Positions 46,713-60,895 of a stretch of 64,000 nt of DNA are shown one piece after another. Position 1 is the stretch's first letter. Each line of letters opens with the position of its first letter. The stretch spans positions 62,001-126,000 of the forward strand of contig JAVKOQ020000045.1 of NCBI GenBank assembly GCA_031835245.2. Reading direction: 5' to 3'. The position numbers and the translations under genes are program-made. The stretch is from Balamuthia mandrillaris (taxonomy: Eukaryota). The notes below the pieces were generated by a model that made no database searches, had not been told where the DNA came from, and was given only the letters and a program-made list of their open reading frames with translations.

Positions 46713-48559
46713 TCTCCCTTTCATTTTGGATGACTGATGACTGACTGAATCATTTTCCTTTGTTTTTATTTAATTTTATTTTAACGTAACAGCTGTAATA
46801 ATGGGTAGAAATAAGGACGTGTCATATGGACTTACGTATGGCTTCATGGACCAGATTGACTTCTTCTTGGAGGAAATCAAGGACGGCAAGTACAAGCGGG
46901 TGAGCAAGGATGGTAAGGTGGAGTGGCTTGACTTTGTGCCTAGAGTGGAAGTACTCAAACAAAAAGATGGAAAGCACGAAGACATTACGCTTGTATTCTA
47001 TGAAAACGATAACGGAGTGTTGGAATTGGACAAGCATGAACTTGGCCCTAACAACAGCACTGCTTTGGCGGTGGAAGACGGCATATACTTAATGCGCAAG
47101 TGGTCTTGGGCAGAAATGGGTACGCTTACGCTTATACTTCTTTTCTTTCTCGTTGGTTGTTTTATTTTTTTTTTTTTGAAGATGACTGAACATAACATCT
47201 ATTTTAATTAGCACCATCCGACATTCAAGCCTTTGTACCCCCACCAAAAGTGTCCACCGCAAAAGAGGCACAAGAAGCACTCAAGCACACTGCCCTCTCT
47301 GCCAACTTTTTGATTGCTGATAGCCAAGGCAACATCGCTTATCAACAGTCTGGCTTTCTTCCTAACCGTGCTCCTTCTCACTCCGGTACCCTTTCCTCTT
47401 TCTGCTCTCTCCCTTCCTTCCATCTTTTTTTTTCCCTTTGTATTTATTTCTACTTCAACGAACAGGCTTCCATCCAGTAATAGCATGGACACCAGGGTTC
47501 GAACACAGTTGGAAAGGTCGAGTGCACCCCGATGAGCTTCACTCCATCTACAACCCCGACACCCACTTCATCGCCACCGCCAACAACAACATGCAAAGAC
47601 CACGTCACAACAACGCCTCCATTCCTCTCTCTATTAACCTCCACATGGGTCCCTATCGTGCCGCTCGCATCACTGACCTCCTCAGCGACAAAACAAAGCA
47701 GCAAACCAAGTTCACTATCGAAGACATGAAAGCCTATCAAGTGGATCGCTTCTCCAAAGAAGCCCAACAGTTTATGAAGCTCCTTCGACCAGTCCTACCG
47801 GAGCAAAGTGTCTCTGCTGCTGCCGATCTTCTTCGTGAGTGGGACCTGACCTATTCCGCGGAGAGCAAAGGCCCTATAGTCTATTCGCTCGTGTGGCAGG
47901 CCTTGATGGAGGATGTCTTTGGAAGAAGCTTCGGAGCAGATGTTTGGCGGTTCCTCTCCGACCATACTTTCTCCCTACTGGAGTTTCATTGGTATTTTGA
48001 TCGGATTTTGCTCGGCGCAGAAGATGCTTTTCTGAAGGAAGATGCAGGAGAAGGGATAAATTCCAAGTTGTTTGAGGAGGAATGGTTTGGAAAGGAAGGA
48101 AGGAAGGAGACGTTTAGACGAGTGGCGACACGAGTGCTGAGCGAAATTGATGCTATCGGATTGGAGAACGTGGAGACCTATGCCACCAACCACTCTATGC
48201 TGATGGTCAACATTTTGTTCAACGGAAAGTTGCCGGTTGCATCCTTGTTGGGCATCGATGTGAAGGACGTTCCTGTGGAAGGATGTCATGCCACTCTCTT
48301 ACAGGTTTTATTTTCTTCCTCTTTTAAGTTTTTGCTTCCTTTAACAAGAACAACCAAAACTCAAAAATAGGGAGCAATGTTTAAGGATAAAGGAAGATCT
48401 ATAACGTTTGGTCCTTCGTGGCGTTACGTGGCTGATCTTGCAACCTCAACTGTGTGGAGCGCTCTTCCCAGCGGCCCCTCGGACAGACCCTATTCCGGCC
48501 TTTACACCAACCCCTCTTTCTTTGAGCATCACTACAAGCCCACCATCTGCCAACCGTAG
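45455..48559 (+). CDS. Penicillin acylase / AHL-acylase family Ntn-hydrolase (peptidase S45), multi-exon
   Basis: N-terminal signal anchor; GWAHAQDRLVQM; catalytic SNNWVV (Ser codon 46498); NDPHL; MGRN; NFLIADSQGNIAY; FIATANN; GPSWRYVADL. Confidence 0.9.
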
Positions 48560-48820
48560 TGGTTTTTACTTCTGCTTCTTCGCTTTTTTGTGATTTTTTT
48601 TAACATTAATTTATTTGAAGCGACATTTCCACCACCTGCACCTCCTCCTCCGCCAGCGAGCGTTAGGTTTTTGCGGGCTCACGTGGAGCTGCATAGGAAA
48701 GGAAGTCCACCGCACACCTGCATAGCATTGAAAGGGCGTTAATTAATTGGACCAATCGCATAATTCTTATTTTATAAGGCACGATTAGCAAAAAAAAAAA
48801 AGGTTTGCAACAGAAGAAAC

Positions 48821-50087
48821 ATGGAAAGGTTACCGAACGAGCTGCTTCTGACAGTCTTGGGCTGGGCAGGAGTGGAGGACTTGGTGTCAGCTCAACGGGT
48901 ATGTTCGTGGTGGCGGGACTGCTTGGGATGTGCGGATCTGTGGCGGGTCTGTTACTTCAATAGCTTTGCGCCACCGTTGGCTGGTAGTGCTGTGCCATTG
49001 GAAACAAAAGAAGCGAGCGATCCAGTTCACTGGAAGAAAGTAGCTCTTGAGCGACTTTCACTCATTTACTCTGGTAACAATTTGCCTCTAGGGTTCCGAT
49101 TACCAATATTAACGTTTCTCCAACAGCAGACCCTGAAGTTAACCTGAAGAAAGTGGCAACCACGCTTCGTTCGGCAGCGCAACGTGCGGACCCACAGGAT
49201 GAACCCACAAACAGAGACAAGAAGCGTAAAACAAAGCCACCAGAAGAGGTCATACAGGAGTACACTGGCCCAAAGAGGCCACTTTTGTTTGCGCGTACCA
49301 AATGTGCTGATCGTGATCAAGTGGCGGAAGTGAACGAGCTGATTGGGGAGGCATCTTCCATGTTGGTGTTTATCGACCGCGTTTTGCTGTTGAGGCGAAG
49401 TCTAAAGAGGCTCTCTGCCAATTCATGGAGAAGGCATTCTCTTGCTCGAAAGGCTGCCACCTCAAAGCAAGCCAAGCTTCTTAATATGCTCTCTGATAAC
49501 TTCCACTATGAAAAGTTATACTCAGAGTAGGCACTCTCCTTCTCTCTTCTATCTTTTCTTCTTGCTGAAGGCCACCACTTTGCAGCACGGAAGACATAGG
49601 AGACTACACCATGAAAGTGACGAGGAAAGGAACCATCGTAATGTACAGCCTTGTGACGGGACTGCCACTGCGTCTCTACTTTCGCAACTGGGCTATTCAC
49701 AGGCACCAACAGCAGAGCACACTCTACTGGCAATGTACTAAACTGTTTCTGCCTTGTTCATTCGTTGTGCGTTAGCTTGTTGCGTTTTGTTAACACTTTG
49801 TGTTGTTTCCAGCTTTGGCAGGACCCAAGGTGGAAGGAAGAGTGTGTTGGGTGCATCGTGAGAAAGAAAGAGAGCAACGAGAGTTCAAAAAGCTGCAGGG
49901 CTTTCTGTTCGGGGAGGACAATGCCGACGTGCTCAACCCCTCCCTCATGCAGCTCTTTCTGGAGACGGCTCTCATCTTTGAAGGTGGAGAAACGCATTTG
50001 TATTGGGAAGCCTGCCCAAAGCGACGCAACGAGTTTCTGAGTTATGTGTGTTTGTGTCAAAAGCTCTCTCGCCGTAAAGATAAATAA
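48821..50087 (+). CDS. F-box protein, multi-exon
   Basis: MERLPNELLLTVLGWAGVEDLVSAQRVCSWWR...LWR; downstream exons approximate. Confidence 0.65.
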
Positions 50088-50096
50088 ACTTTTAAG

Positions 50097-53052
50097 TTAA
50101 GAAGAAGTGGAGAAAGAAGAGAGAGTGCCGAGGACGAGGTAGACGGAGGTGCTGAGGTTCGTGTCTGCAATAGCAGCTTGGGTTAGCTCCGCTTTAACTT
50201 CTTGGCGCTGTTGCAGCAAAGCTTTGCCTTCGTTGTGTTGGATGAGAGCTTGTATCACTTCCACCGTTCCTATAAGTTTTTTTGTTGTTTGTTTGTTAAT
50301 GTTCTGCGGATTGTAAACGTGCAGAAAAGGTACCTTTGCGTACGGACGAAAACTTAGCATCACGTAACGACACTCGCATTGCTTCAACAATCTCCGTCGC
50401 CTAAAATAAAAGGTATAAGAACAACTCAACTAAGAGGATGATGAAGAAAAAGAAGAAGAAAAAACGAAAGTAGAACGTACAAGGTGAACATTCACATAAG
50501 GAGATGATGTAGGCAAGCCCTCGAGCAACCGTTTTAACGCTTGCAATATCGCCAATTGTACATTCCAAGTGTTGAGAGGGAGCTGCTGTAACAGCAAAGC
50601 AGAGTACTCCCCAACGAAAGCTTCGTGCACTCTTCTTCCTGAAACATCGTCATCAATATCATCACTGTGTTGAGGCCAAGCAAAGCCCAGCACCTCAAAG
50701 GCTTTTTCCTTAATGACGAGGTCGAGCGGATTCTCCTTCTTTGGCTTATCCCGATTTTCGGGCTCAGTGTTCTCTTCGTTTTCTTCATCCATGAGACTTG
50801 TTCCAATGGCATCTTCAGAAAGAGAGGGATAAGACTCTATAAAGATAATGGGTCGCAGTGGTAGATATAACTTGGCAAAAGCCGACAAACAGTTCAGAGC
50901 ATGACGTTTGTACGGCTTGTTTGAAAGAAATAAAGAATGATTCAGAAATATAGTAAACGAAAGAAGGCAGAAAACGTTTACCTTATCACGCTTCTTGCTT
51001 TCATGAAGCACCATACGGAACAATTGCAGAGCTGTTGGTAGGGTTCCTCCAGCTATCTTCAGTTCATCCTTATCTTTACCTTTATCTTCTTTCTGTCTGG
51101 CTGCCAGCACGCGCACAACTAGCTCATCCAACTTTTCTTCTGGAGCGCAAACCGGAATGTCGTCCTTGCACGCCGTTACAACAGCAGACAGAGCAATGAG
51201 CAACGCTTCTTTGCCCTTCCACGTGCGTCCAGGAAATGCCTCCACTAACAGATTTAAAACGTGGTCGAGATGTCTTTTGAAATCTTGACCGATGCTCTCA
51301 GAAACGTCTTTCAATGTTAGTGCACCTTGTCTGTAAAAATAAATATAGGAAATGAGGAACGACATCAAAATTTAGAAAAAAAAGGTGTTCTACAAACCGT
51401 TTCATAGACCAACTGGAGGAATGCATTGCTTCCTCAACTGCTTGCATGATTTCTTTCAGGTACAACTGAACTGAACCTACCATTCCATACTCTAAACCAC
51501 AAACCTGTTAAGTATAAAAGACAAAAAAACAAAGGAAATAGGCGAAGGGAGAATAAGTACGAACCAGACCAAACCTCTACAAAGACTTTTCTATTTTCGT
51601 CATCTTCGTCGTTCTTTCCAAGAAGGATGAGAGGGATGACATGCTTGTTGAACTCTCTTAGAGTGTCAGGAGCCACTTTGATCATTTGCAGCAGCATCAC
51701 TCCACAAACGTTGCGAGACGCACTGTCTCCTTTCTCTTTGTACAGCTTTAACAGAGCAGATATCAAATGACGCAGAGATCTCTCCGTTGCGAGCTTTGAT
51801 AGATTAGCCACTGCTACTGCATAGTTCTGATTTGAAATCGAACTGTTACAAACAAGTAAGAAGCGAAGCAAGAACAGGAGAAACTAACCATGCGAATAAC
51901 AGGCGAACGATCTTTCAGAGACGAGCGCAACGCCTTCAACAAAACAGTAACATGAGGTTTCAGCTCGAAAGGACATTGCAAGACTATAGTAAACATGTTT
52001 AGTTCCGCTTCAAAAACCAAGTAGTATAATAAGAAGAATGAGAAAGAGCATTACCCAAAGAAACCACGATCCTTGCTGCTCCAGCTTTAGTGGGCAGACC
52101 CACTCCATGTGATATGATGTGAGCCAGTTGAGAGCATACTTCCTGCACGTTGTCTGCGTTCACATGTCGCACACAGAGATCAAGCGTGTCATTTAGAGGA
52201 GAGAGCTTCGAAACTGCCACACGTGCGTTTTCCAGATCTTGTTGAGTGACGTTGTACTTGTCCGTGTGAAATGATAAATAGTTGAATGCTGAATAGAGAA
52301 AGATAAGTTAATAAGAAATAAGAAAACTAAAAGAGAGAGAGAGAGAGAGAGAGAAGAGACACAAAAAAAAGCAAACCTTGAGGTTCTAATACAGAGAGAG
52401 ATTGTAGCAAAACTGATATAATTTTGGGGACATGAGGGTTAAGAAGAGCTCCCCCTACTTTGCTTATTTTAAGGATTTGGGTGACGGCGAAGCTCTGCAC
52501 CTCTTTAGCATCGTTGACTATACCCTTGTCCAGCAAGAATGGCAGAACAACGGCGATGGCTTTCGCACCAGCTTCCATGTTTGTATAAATTGGGTCGCAT
52601 AGACGTATCTGTTGATCGAATTAATAAGCGTTTTACCGCATCTTAAAGAGTATTATACATACCGAAAGACTTGCCAGGGTTCGAGATAAAGATTTAGCAG
52701 CATTGCGAACGCTCTCCTTGATGTCATCCATTGCTCTTCACCGAAAGGAATAGTAAGAAGCAAATTAGCGAGTAGAATGAAATTTAACACAAACCTAAAA
52801 CAACGAATCCAGAGATCCTCTAAATATGGACCAACTTGATCCCACTTGCGCGCTTGAAGGATGTCTGTTAAGGCATGACAGGCTGCTTCTCTGGTACGCC
52901 ATATGTTAGATACAATGCTCTCCAACAGTTCCTTCATTATCGCATCAAAATAGGTTTCGACTGCTTTCCTGGAGTCAGCGAGACTATCCAATATTGCTCT
53001 CATCGATTGAGCCAATCTTGGGTTCGGATCATAAGAATACCGCTAAATAACA

Positions 53053-53103
<51 letters not shown>

Positions 53104-56100
53104 AAGAACGCAGAAGAACGCAGAAGAACGCAGAAGAAGAGAGACGAACGTAAAGCTTGGGAACGAGAGTTGGAAGAAAGTGTTTTATCGATTCAGCATC
53201 AGCTTGACCTAGAGTTTTCATTGCAAAGGCAGCGCCCTTGCGAGAATTCCAGAGGCTTTGGTGACTAGCCAGATTCAAAAAGCGATATATGAGGTCCGGT
53301 TGTCCTTTGGCAGAAATACGGGCAGAGGTAAGTTGACAAAAGCAGAAGACAGAAGTTAAAAGGACGAATAAATACCAAGTTCATTAGCAACACTGCAGAG
53401 TTCTTTGTATGTGGAGAGGCTACCACCTCCCATAGATTTAGGAGTGCTTCCAAGTGCTCCAGAGGGTAGTACTTCGGTATCGCTGGACACTGAAACCTCT
53501 GCTCGTTTGCGTGCTTTGCCTGTGGATAAAGTACCCACTAAATTCTCGATAAGTTCCTTTTTCATATCGGCATTTCCGTGTTCGTACACCAATGTAAGAC
53601 CTCTGTGATAGAGGAAGGTAGAAATGAGATCAAAAAGGAACACAAAGAGATTCGATAAGGAGTAATATAGATACCTTGAAGCTACTTCCTGAACGATTTC
53701 ATTATTATCAGCCAAGAGACGAGAGTAGGCCATCTGTATTCTCTGTAGATTTGATTGCAGCACATTGGAACGGCTTCCGCAGTGCTTAAGCAGAGACAGC
53801 ATCCATATGCCTGCAGCAGCACGAACATTGCTTTGACTGGAGACCAACTTCTCCAATATTGTCGACATTACGTGTTTCATCGTTTCCGCGTCTTCTTCGC
53901 TCTCCTGTATTCTACTTGTTTCCTTTTCCTTTCCTTTCTCATCGCTACTGGTTTCATGTGCTGCTCCTACTTCTGCGTTAATGGAGGCAGCAAGTTCTTG
54001 TGTTTCTTCTGGGGCTAGTGGATCAAAAGTTGGCAAAGAGGCAAAGTAGGAACTTGCAGCAATGCATGCAAAAGATTCTCCCACTGTAAAATGGATTTCC
54101 TCCGTCTTTAGCTGATCCAACTTAAATAGAGCATCTAGTATCTCTTGCTTGAAACTAGCGCTGTGGTCTCCTAAACACATATATCCTAAAGCAATTGATA
54201 GCCGCTCTGTCAACCGCTTCTCAGTTGTTGTGGATCGAAGCAGCGATGCCAGTTTCTCGATTATAATGAGCTTACTGATTTCATCCCCTAAAAGCATCAC
54301 CACAGAGTTAATGATTACGTCTTCCAAAAAAGCAAGCAAAGAGAGAGAGACCTTTGCTTTCAACATCCATCACATCTTTATCCTTAGCGGTGGAACTACT
54401 AGCAGCTCTTAAAAGCGAATCTGGCAATGGTAAGGGGCTATATCTGCCAATAGCACCAATGGCTTTCACCGCTGCCACACGAACATCTATGTGATGATGC
54501 GTCAATAGTGCGCACAGCTTCACAAGCGTTTGTTGGATGTATTCATCTGTAAAGCATTTTGTTCAAATGAGAAGGATGTAGCTTATGTTTGTATTTGTTT
54601 GTTTCGTACCCAGTGAGGCAACGTCCCACGCGTTTACATGAAAGGATCGCAGCTGAAGAATTCGACAGTAGAGGTATCCCAATGCAGCGGTAGCACCCTC
54701 TATTTTGTCGGTGTTAGGTTGCTTTGGATCCAGCTCAGCCAGCCATTGCTCCAAATAATTGGATAGAATCTCTTTTGCTACAATATGCTCCATAGACGCA
54801 GTGGCAAAGCCCAGTAGCTAAACAGAAAGAATGAAAGGAGGTTACAACATCTTTGTCAACGATGACAGAAAGAAAGGAACTAAGAGCAGAATAAGGCCTA
54901 CCTTGGCAACAGTATCTCGTGATTCGTGAAAGCCAACATAGAGAAATGATTGGAGCCAATCCAAGCGAGTAGAGTAATACTTTCCAAGCGTGGTCGGCAA
55001 TGTGTAGTTCAATGCCAACATGGAAGTGGCAGCCACGTGATGAAGGCCATAAGAACCTTCTCCTCTCACTCCCATTCCTTTTTCCACCAATGATCGATAC
55101 AAACTCAACGTATCTTCTTCCTCTTCTTCTTGTTCTTCTGCGACAGTGGCCATTTTTTGTCCCATCAAGTTTTCCCAGTAGGCAATAAGTTCTTGTCGGG
55201 TTGGAGGAGCGGGCTGGTTTTCTTTTCTTGTTGTTGTAGAGGACGCTTTTGTGGAAGAGGTTGATTCGTGACTGGCACGTCTTGCTGCCGAATCCAACAA
55301 ACATCTTTGTAAAAAACGCAACACCTCTTCATAGGTCTTCATAGGCAGAGGCAAGTCATCCTTCTTCGCCGATGGAAGAGTTCTTTTTCTGCATTCATCG
55401 GCAATGTGTTCCACCATTTGATCAAACGGAGGAAATGGTTGCGATGGATCCGAGACCACATCACGATTTTCGACGATAGAGTAAGGCTTCAAGCCGTGAT
55501 GTCCTTCCTCTCGCACTTCCAGCTTTGAATCGGATACAGCCAACAGATCAATAAAGCGAGAGGTGATGTGATTGAATGGGAAAAGTCTGTTCGCATATTG
55601 AACGGCTGTGTAGCGAGAGTGGTCTCCTCCCTATATAATACAAGCATTACTATCGAATGGTTGCTTGAAGCGAAAGCTGTTTGGTAAATACCTTTTGAGC
55701 GATTTCCAACAACAAGTCAGACAACTGAGTGCGAAGTGATGACGGAGCAGTGTAGTAGGCATTGGAAAGCAAAGAAAGCGCATCCTGTACGCTGGATCGA
55801 ACAGACTCTGACCTCTCGTTGTCCACTTTGTCTAAGAGCATCTTCAGAAGATCCAAGTCTTTATGGAACAGAGCAGGTATTCGCTTTGCCAAAAGTCCAA
55901 TACAAACGAAGCCCGATCCTTTCAGTTGGTGTGTATCTGACAAACAGAACATGTTCGGTTTAGTAACTTTTGTTCGCCCAATAGTAAACCAAAACCAAAC
56001 AACAACTAATAACAAAAAAGAAATACCCCTATCATACTCTGCATCAGGAAATTGAGAAAGCATCTTGAGGAAAGATGAGAGGATGATGGGTCCCATCAAA

Positions 56101-57767
56101 GCCAATTGGTCGTCTCTAGCATTACGAAAAGTCCATTGTACAAAGGCCATACCTGCTTTCTTTAACTTATTGTTGGAAGACGAGCCTATGGTTATAAAAG
56201 ATAAAGACCGTTATTTCCTGCAAGTTCATAAACATGTTCAAACAATGGAAGTTGTACCAAAGATAGACTCAAATATGATTTGGAGCGAGTTGGGAAATTG
56301 GTTTGTGGCCAACACAGACTTCACCAAAAAATGAGAAAGCAATCGCTCCTGGTTAAGATGAGAGAGAGAGAGAGAGAGTAAGAGAAGATAAAAGCAAAAC
56401 TGAAAGGTTGTAAGGAAGAGAATGTGGTAAAACCTGGAGCGAGGGAGATGCTGGTCGTCTTCTGTCCTCAGGTGGGGTAGTTTTATCTGTGGCAAGAGTG
56501 CCTTGAAAGAGAGAATAGACTTTTTGTACAATCTTCGTTCGATGTAACATAGTGGTCAGTGTGTTGTTAGCCTCTACAGAAATAACAAGAGAAAAAACGG
56601 AAGAAACAACAAGACAAAGCACAGAAAGACAAGAACGTACAGTTGCGTTCTCTTTGTCGAGTTTGTCTAGCCGTTTTAGCGCTGTTTCTCCAGAATCTTT
56701 AACCGCGTGATCAGAATCCGCAGATGCTATCAAGTAATGCATCACCACTTCGTTATCCTCAAACAAACCGGATCGCAGAAACTCCAACACTGTCAACTTT
56801 GTTATTCTTTCGATTAGATAGCAAAAGAAAACCGAAAGAAAAACGGTTACAAACCTTGTATTCAACAAGAGTAGAAGCAGGAAGAGGCTTCTCGCCTGTC
56901 AAACTCTTAATGGCGTTTGAAGATAGAGCAGGCACTTGAGGCCCTTCTGGCTGTTGTTGATTAGTAGAGTCTGTTGTCGTTGTTTGTAGTTGTGGCCGTC
57001 CAGCAGCAACAGGCACCATCAAAAGCAAGTTTTGCAAAAACTCCAACAATACACGACGAGTGTTGGTGTCCCGCAAGAAAGAAAACCTCTCGTCTTCTCG
57101 TTCCTTTTCATTGGCAGGCAACTTGATGCCTTTTAACTGGGAGAGAAACAGTCGCAACAGAAGACTTTGTTGCTTGGCAGGTCTGTCGGCTATTCCAGAG
57201 AGAAGTATTGGTATTACTTGGTTCTTTTCCTGCAACGTTTCGACATTAGAGCTGCTCAGCTGAAGAGAAGAGAGAGAAAGAGAAAGAGAACGCGAAAGAG
57301 GACAGAAGCAGAGAAACCAAAGAGAAAGGATACCTCAGAAGAAGCCCGGTTGAACGCGTGTTCCAAGTAAATGATGGAAAAGTTCTTAACGGAGCTGGGA
57401 GTGTTCTCATCTTGGTACTGCTGAGCTAGGTCCACTAAAGGAAGCCGGATCTCTTCATGTGCTTTGATACGCTTGCTCACGTGACTAAGCACTTCCAACA
57501 CCTTCACCAAACACACACTGAGTGATAAGTCGGCATGTTTTTTTGGTGGCTCAAACATGAACGGATGAACCGTCGTTTTAAAAAAAGGGGAGGTTTTACC
57601 TTCTTGCGCGTAGCCTCATGGGGGCTGGCAAACTTGGAGAGCACTGGCACCAGGAAGGAAGAGAGCGCCTTCTCGAGGTCCTCCTGCTTTTCCGCCATGG
57701 CGAAGCGTAGCAACACCTTCTCCAGCAATTGCAGCTCCTTCTGCTGCACTACCGCTTCACTACTCAT
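50097..57767 (-). CDS. ECM29: Proteasome adapter ECM29 (HEAT repeats), many exons
   Basis: ELQLLEKVLLRFAMA...VLEVLSHVSKRIK...IRLP; LSTYKELCSVANELG; WNSRKGAAF; WRTREAACHAL; GVGLPTKAGAA; GRTWKGKE. Confidence 0.92.
53053..53135. repeat. Intronic (AAGT)n and (GAAGAACGCA)x3 tandem repeats
   Basis: Read directly from the sequence. Confidence 0.85.
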
Positions 57768-58080
57768 CTTCTTCTTCTGCTTGCTGCTCACCTCAGGCGT
57801 GCTGCTGTGAGTGTCCTTCGGTTCGGTTTTTGCAGCCAAAAGGACACGAATGTGCTTGCTGGTTGGCGTGCACCCCTGCTGCACATTAGTTGCAAAAACT
57901 GTGCAACAATTCAACTCAACTGGGGGATTTTTATTTTATTGTCTTTAGCTACAGAGAGGCTGCACAAGAAGTGCAGAACGAAGCATTGCGCAAGCAAGCA
58001 AGCAAGGAGGAGGAGGAAGCGGAGAGAGCCTCTTTGGAGGGAAAAAAAAAAAACCAGCCACCCAACCAGAAGACAGAGGG

Positions 58081-59400
58081 TTAGAACTTGAAGACGTTGT
58101 TCTTACGCCAGCCCAGCTCCTTCAACAGGCCGTCCAATTCGCCTTGGGAGTAGTCAGGCGCCTTGCTGCCGCTGACGTGCTTGTAGAAGCCTGGAGGGCC
58201 ACACACCATGATCAAGGCATCGTCCGAAGGGCCAGGCAGATGCTGCTGGATCATCTCCTTGGTGACGTAGCCAACGCTTCCCTCCCACTTGCCTCTCGGC
58301 GCTGAGTCGACGGTATAATGGATGTGGAAGTTGGGATGCTTCTTGGCGAGGTTGTCCAGCTCGTCCTTGAGGAGGATATCCTCGGTGGACTTGTTGGCAA
58401 ATATAAGGGAGACCTGGGTCTTATCCTCTGGATTCTTCAGGATTTCCTTGAGCACCTGGTACATGGGTGTAATGCCGGTGCCACCGGCGACCATGCCAAT
58501 TTCCTTCTTCATATTGGGCTTGTAGGGGATCTTGGAGATGGGGCCTTTGACCTCCAGCTCGTCGCCAGGCTTCAGGCTATGAAGGTAACGGGACATCACT
58601 CCATTAGGATAGACCTTCACCAACAGATCAAAGTATCCTGTATCATAGTTAACATCGCTCTGTCAGAGAAAGGAAGCAAAAAGGGAGAGAGGGAGAGAGA
58701 CCTAGATCGTCATCAGAGGAAATGGGAGTGTAAGGACGAATCACGGGCTTCTCCTCGCCTGGGGCTGGAGGAGCTTTTGTCAAAATACAAGAAGCCACCG
58801 GCAAACCCATCTTTCAAGCGTTGGGAAAAAAGAAACACATAAGAACACACAGGGCGAAAAAAAGCAGCACACAAAGCCCAGACAAAACAAATCAAAATAC
58901 GCTCTCACTCACAAGCTCTCATTAGAGCTACTGACCTTATGATAGGGAGTGGGCAAGGCAAAGCGAAGGATCTTGGTGTCATGAGAGATCGTCTGGACCT
59001 CCTGCAGCTTGAAGGGCTTGAAGTTCTTGGAGTCAAAGGAGGGCACGGCCGTCTTTGCCAGCTCCGCATTCTCCTTGTCAACCATGTCCTGGCTCAAGTA
59101 GTACGCGCCAGCAACCGCCAGAGCGACGCCAGCATAGAGGCCAAGCTTCCTCAGCGAGGTAGAGCCCTTGGTGTTGTCCTCCGTTGGGTTGAGATCGACG
59201 TCCTTGGGAGGGGCGTTGTGGTGGTGGCCATGGTCAGAGGCATAGGCTGCTCTGCTGCCAAAGCGTGTGGCAGTGACAGTAGCGGCGGTGGTGTGGTGAG
59301 AACCAGCGCAGCTGAGAACAGAGGAAGAGCGGAGAGTGGAGGAACGAAGAAGCGTGGCAGCAGAGGGCCTAATCAGATTGGTTACGCCAGTGCGAAGCAT
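58081..59400 (-). CDS. NADH-cytochrome b5 reductase, mitochondrial Mcr1-like, 3 exons
   Basis: Presequence plus TM segment; GLPVASC; VIRPYTP; GMVAGGTGITPM; VCGPPG. Confidence 0.92.
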
Positions 59401-59726
59401 TTTTTTTTTCTGCAAAGGGGAAGAAAAACAATAAGCAAGGTGAGAAGGCGCCTCACACAGATACACTCCCACAAGATATTTGCACGAGAGGTAAGATAAG
59501 CAACAGGGGGAGGAAGAAGAACAAGCCCAAGGAGGAAGGGTGACGACCTTTCTTGTCTTGGATTTCTTTGGCCCAAACCAACAAAACAAAAAAAAGCAAT
59601 CAATGTTTTTTTGATTACGGATTGGCTGCCTCGATTTAAACCCTTGTTTTCATCCTTTTCTCCACGAAATTTGCCTATTTGTGTCGACCAAAAAAAGGCG
59701 GGAAAGAAGAAGAAGAAGAAGAAAAA

Positions 59727-60750
59727 ATGGCGACTGGCTCAGGTGCGGCTCGCCAGGAGCTGTTCAAAGCTATCACCGAAGAGACGAATACTGGGCTGGA
59801 TGGAGGTACACAGACAGTACTAATAATACCTACTCAGAGAACGCTTGAAAATTTTTCTTTTTAATAGAGATCGAAAAAAAAAAGGATGTTTTGAGGCGGA
59901 GGCAAAGAGAGGGTTGGTGGAAGTCGGAGAGGACGCCGTTTGGAGTCTTTCCAGCGCTAAACCTGGATTCGGGGTGACGCAGCTCAGAGACAACAACGTA
60001 GAAACCTATTGGCAGTACGTTCTCGCGTTGTTTTGTTTTTTCCACTGCGGTTTGGTTCGTTCCGAAGCGTAATGCTCACCCTGTCTTCGCTGCTCTCTCT
60101 TCCCAGATCAGATGGAGGCCAACCTCATACCATAACGATGCAGTGGCAAAGACGGAGATGTGTTGAGGTAAAACGTGACTCTCCTTTTTTAAAAAAAACA
60201 GCAACGAACGCTTATTCATTTCTTATATGGTTTCATGCAGCAAATATCATTCTACGTGAACTATACGATGGACGAAAGCTATACTCCGCATACTCTTTCC
60301 ATTCGTGTTGGCACCACTTTCCATGACCTCAGGGTAAATGTGGACCTTTCTTTCTTTAGCGTTCCTCTTTGATGCATGCTTACATGGAAAGTTCATAAAA
60401 CCACAATGGCAGGAGATAAAGGTGATCGAGTTGGAGGGTGAGCCATCCGGCTGGATCAACGTGCCGCTTCTTGACGAAACCACTCATCGGTTCTTCTCTG
60501 CTTCTCTGCTTCTCTGCTCCTATCTTCTCGTTCTTCTTCGAATAACCAAATAAAACATAATGGCAGGTGTCCGCGAACGCATTTGCTGCAACTGGTGGTG
60601 GTGGCCAACTATCAAAACGGGAGGGACACGCACATCCGGCAGGTCAAAGTGTTTGGCCCACAGAGGGAGTACCGCACCTCCGAAGAGCAGGCCCTCTTCC
60701 ACAGCGAGTGGAACAGCACCGAGTTTCACATGTGGTCTGTCCTTAGATAA
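59727..60750 (+). CDS. ANAPC10: Anaphase-promoting complex subunit 10 (DOC1), multi-exon
   Basis: [55 protein letters not shown]. Confidence 0.93.
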
Positions 60751-60895
60751 GTCCTCCGCTTATTCTCTTTCTTTTAGTTGTAAATATAAACAAGCCCCTT
60801 ACAAAACAAAAAGAAAAAGTTACATCTCTCTTTTTTCTTTTCTACAAGAGAAGAGAAAGAGAAAGAGACAGTGAAGAAGCAAAAAAAAAAAAGAT

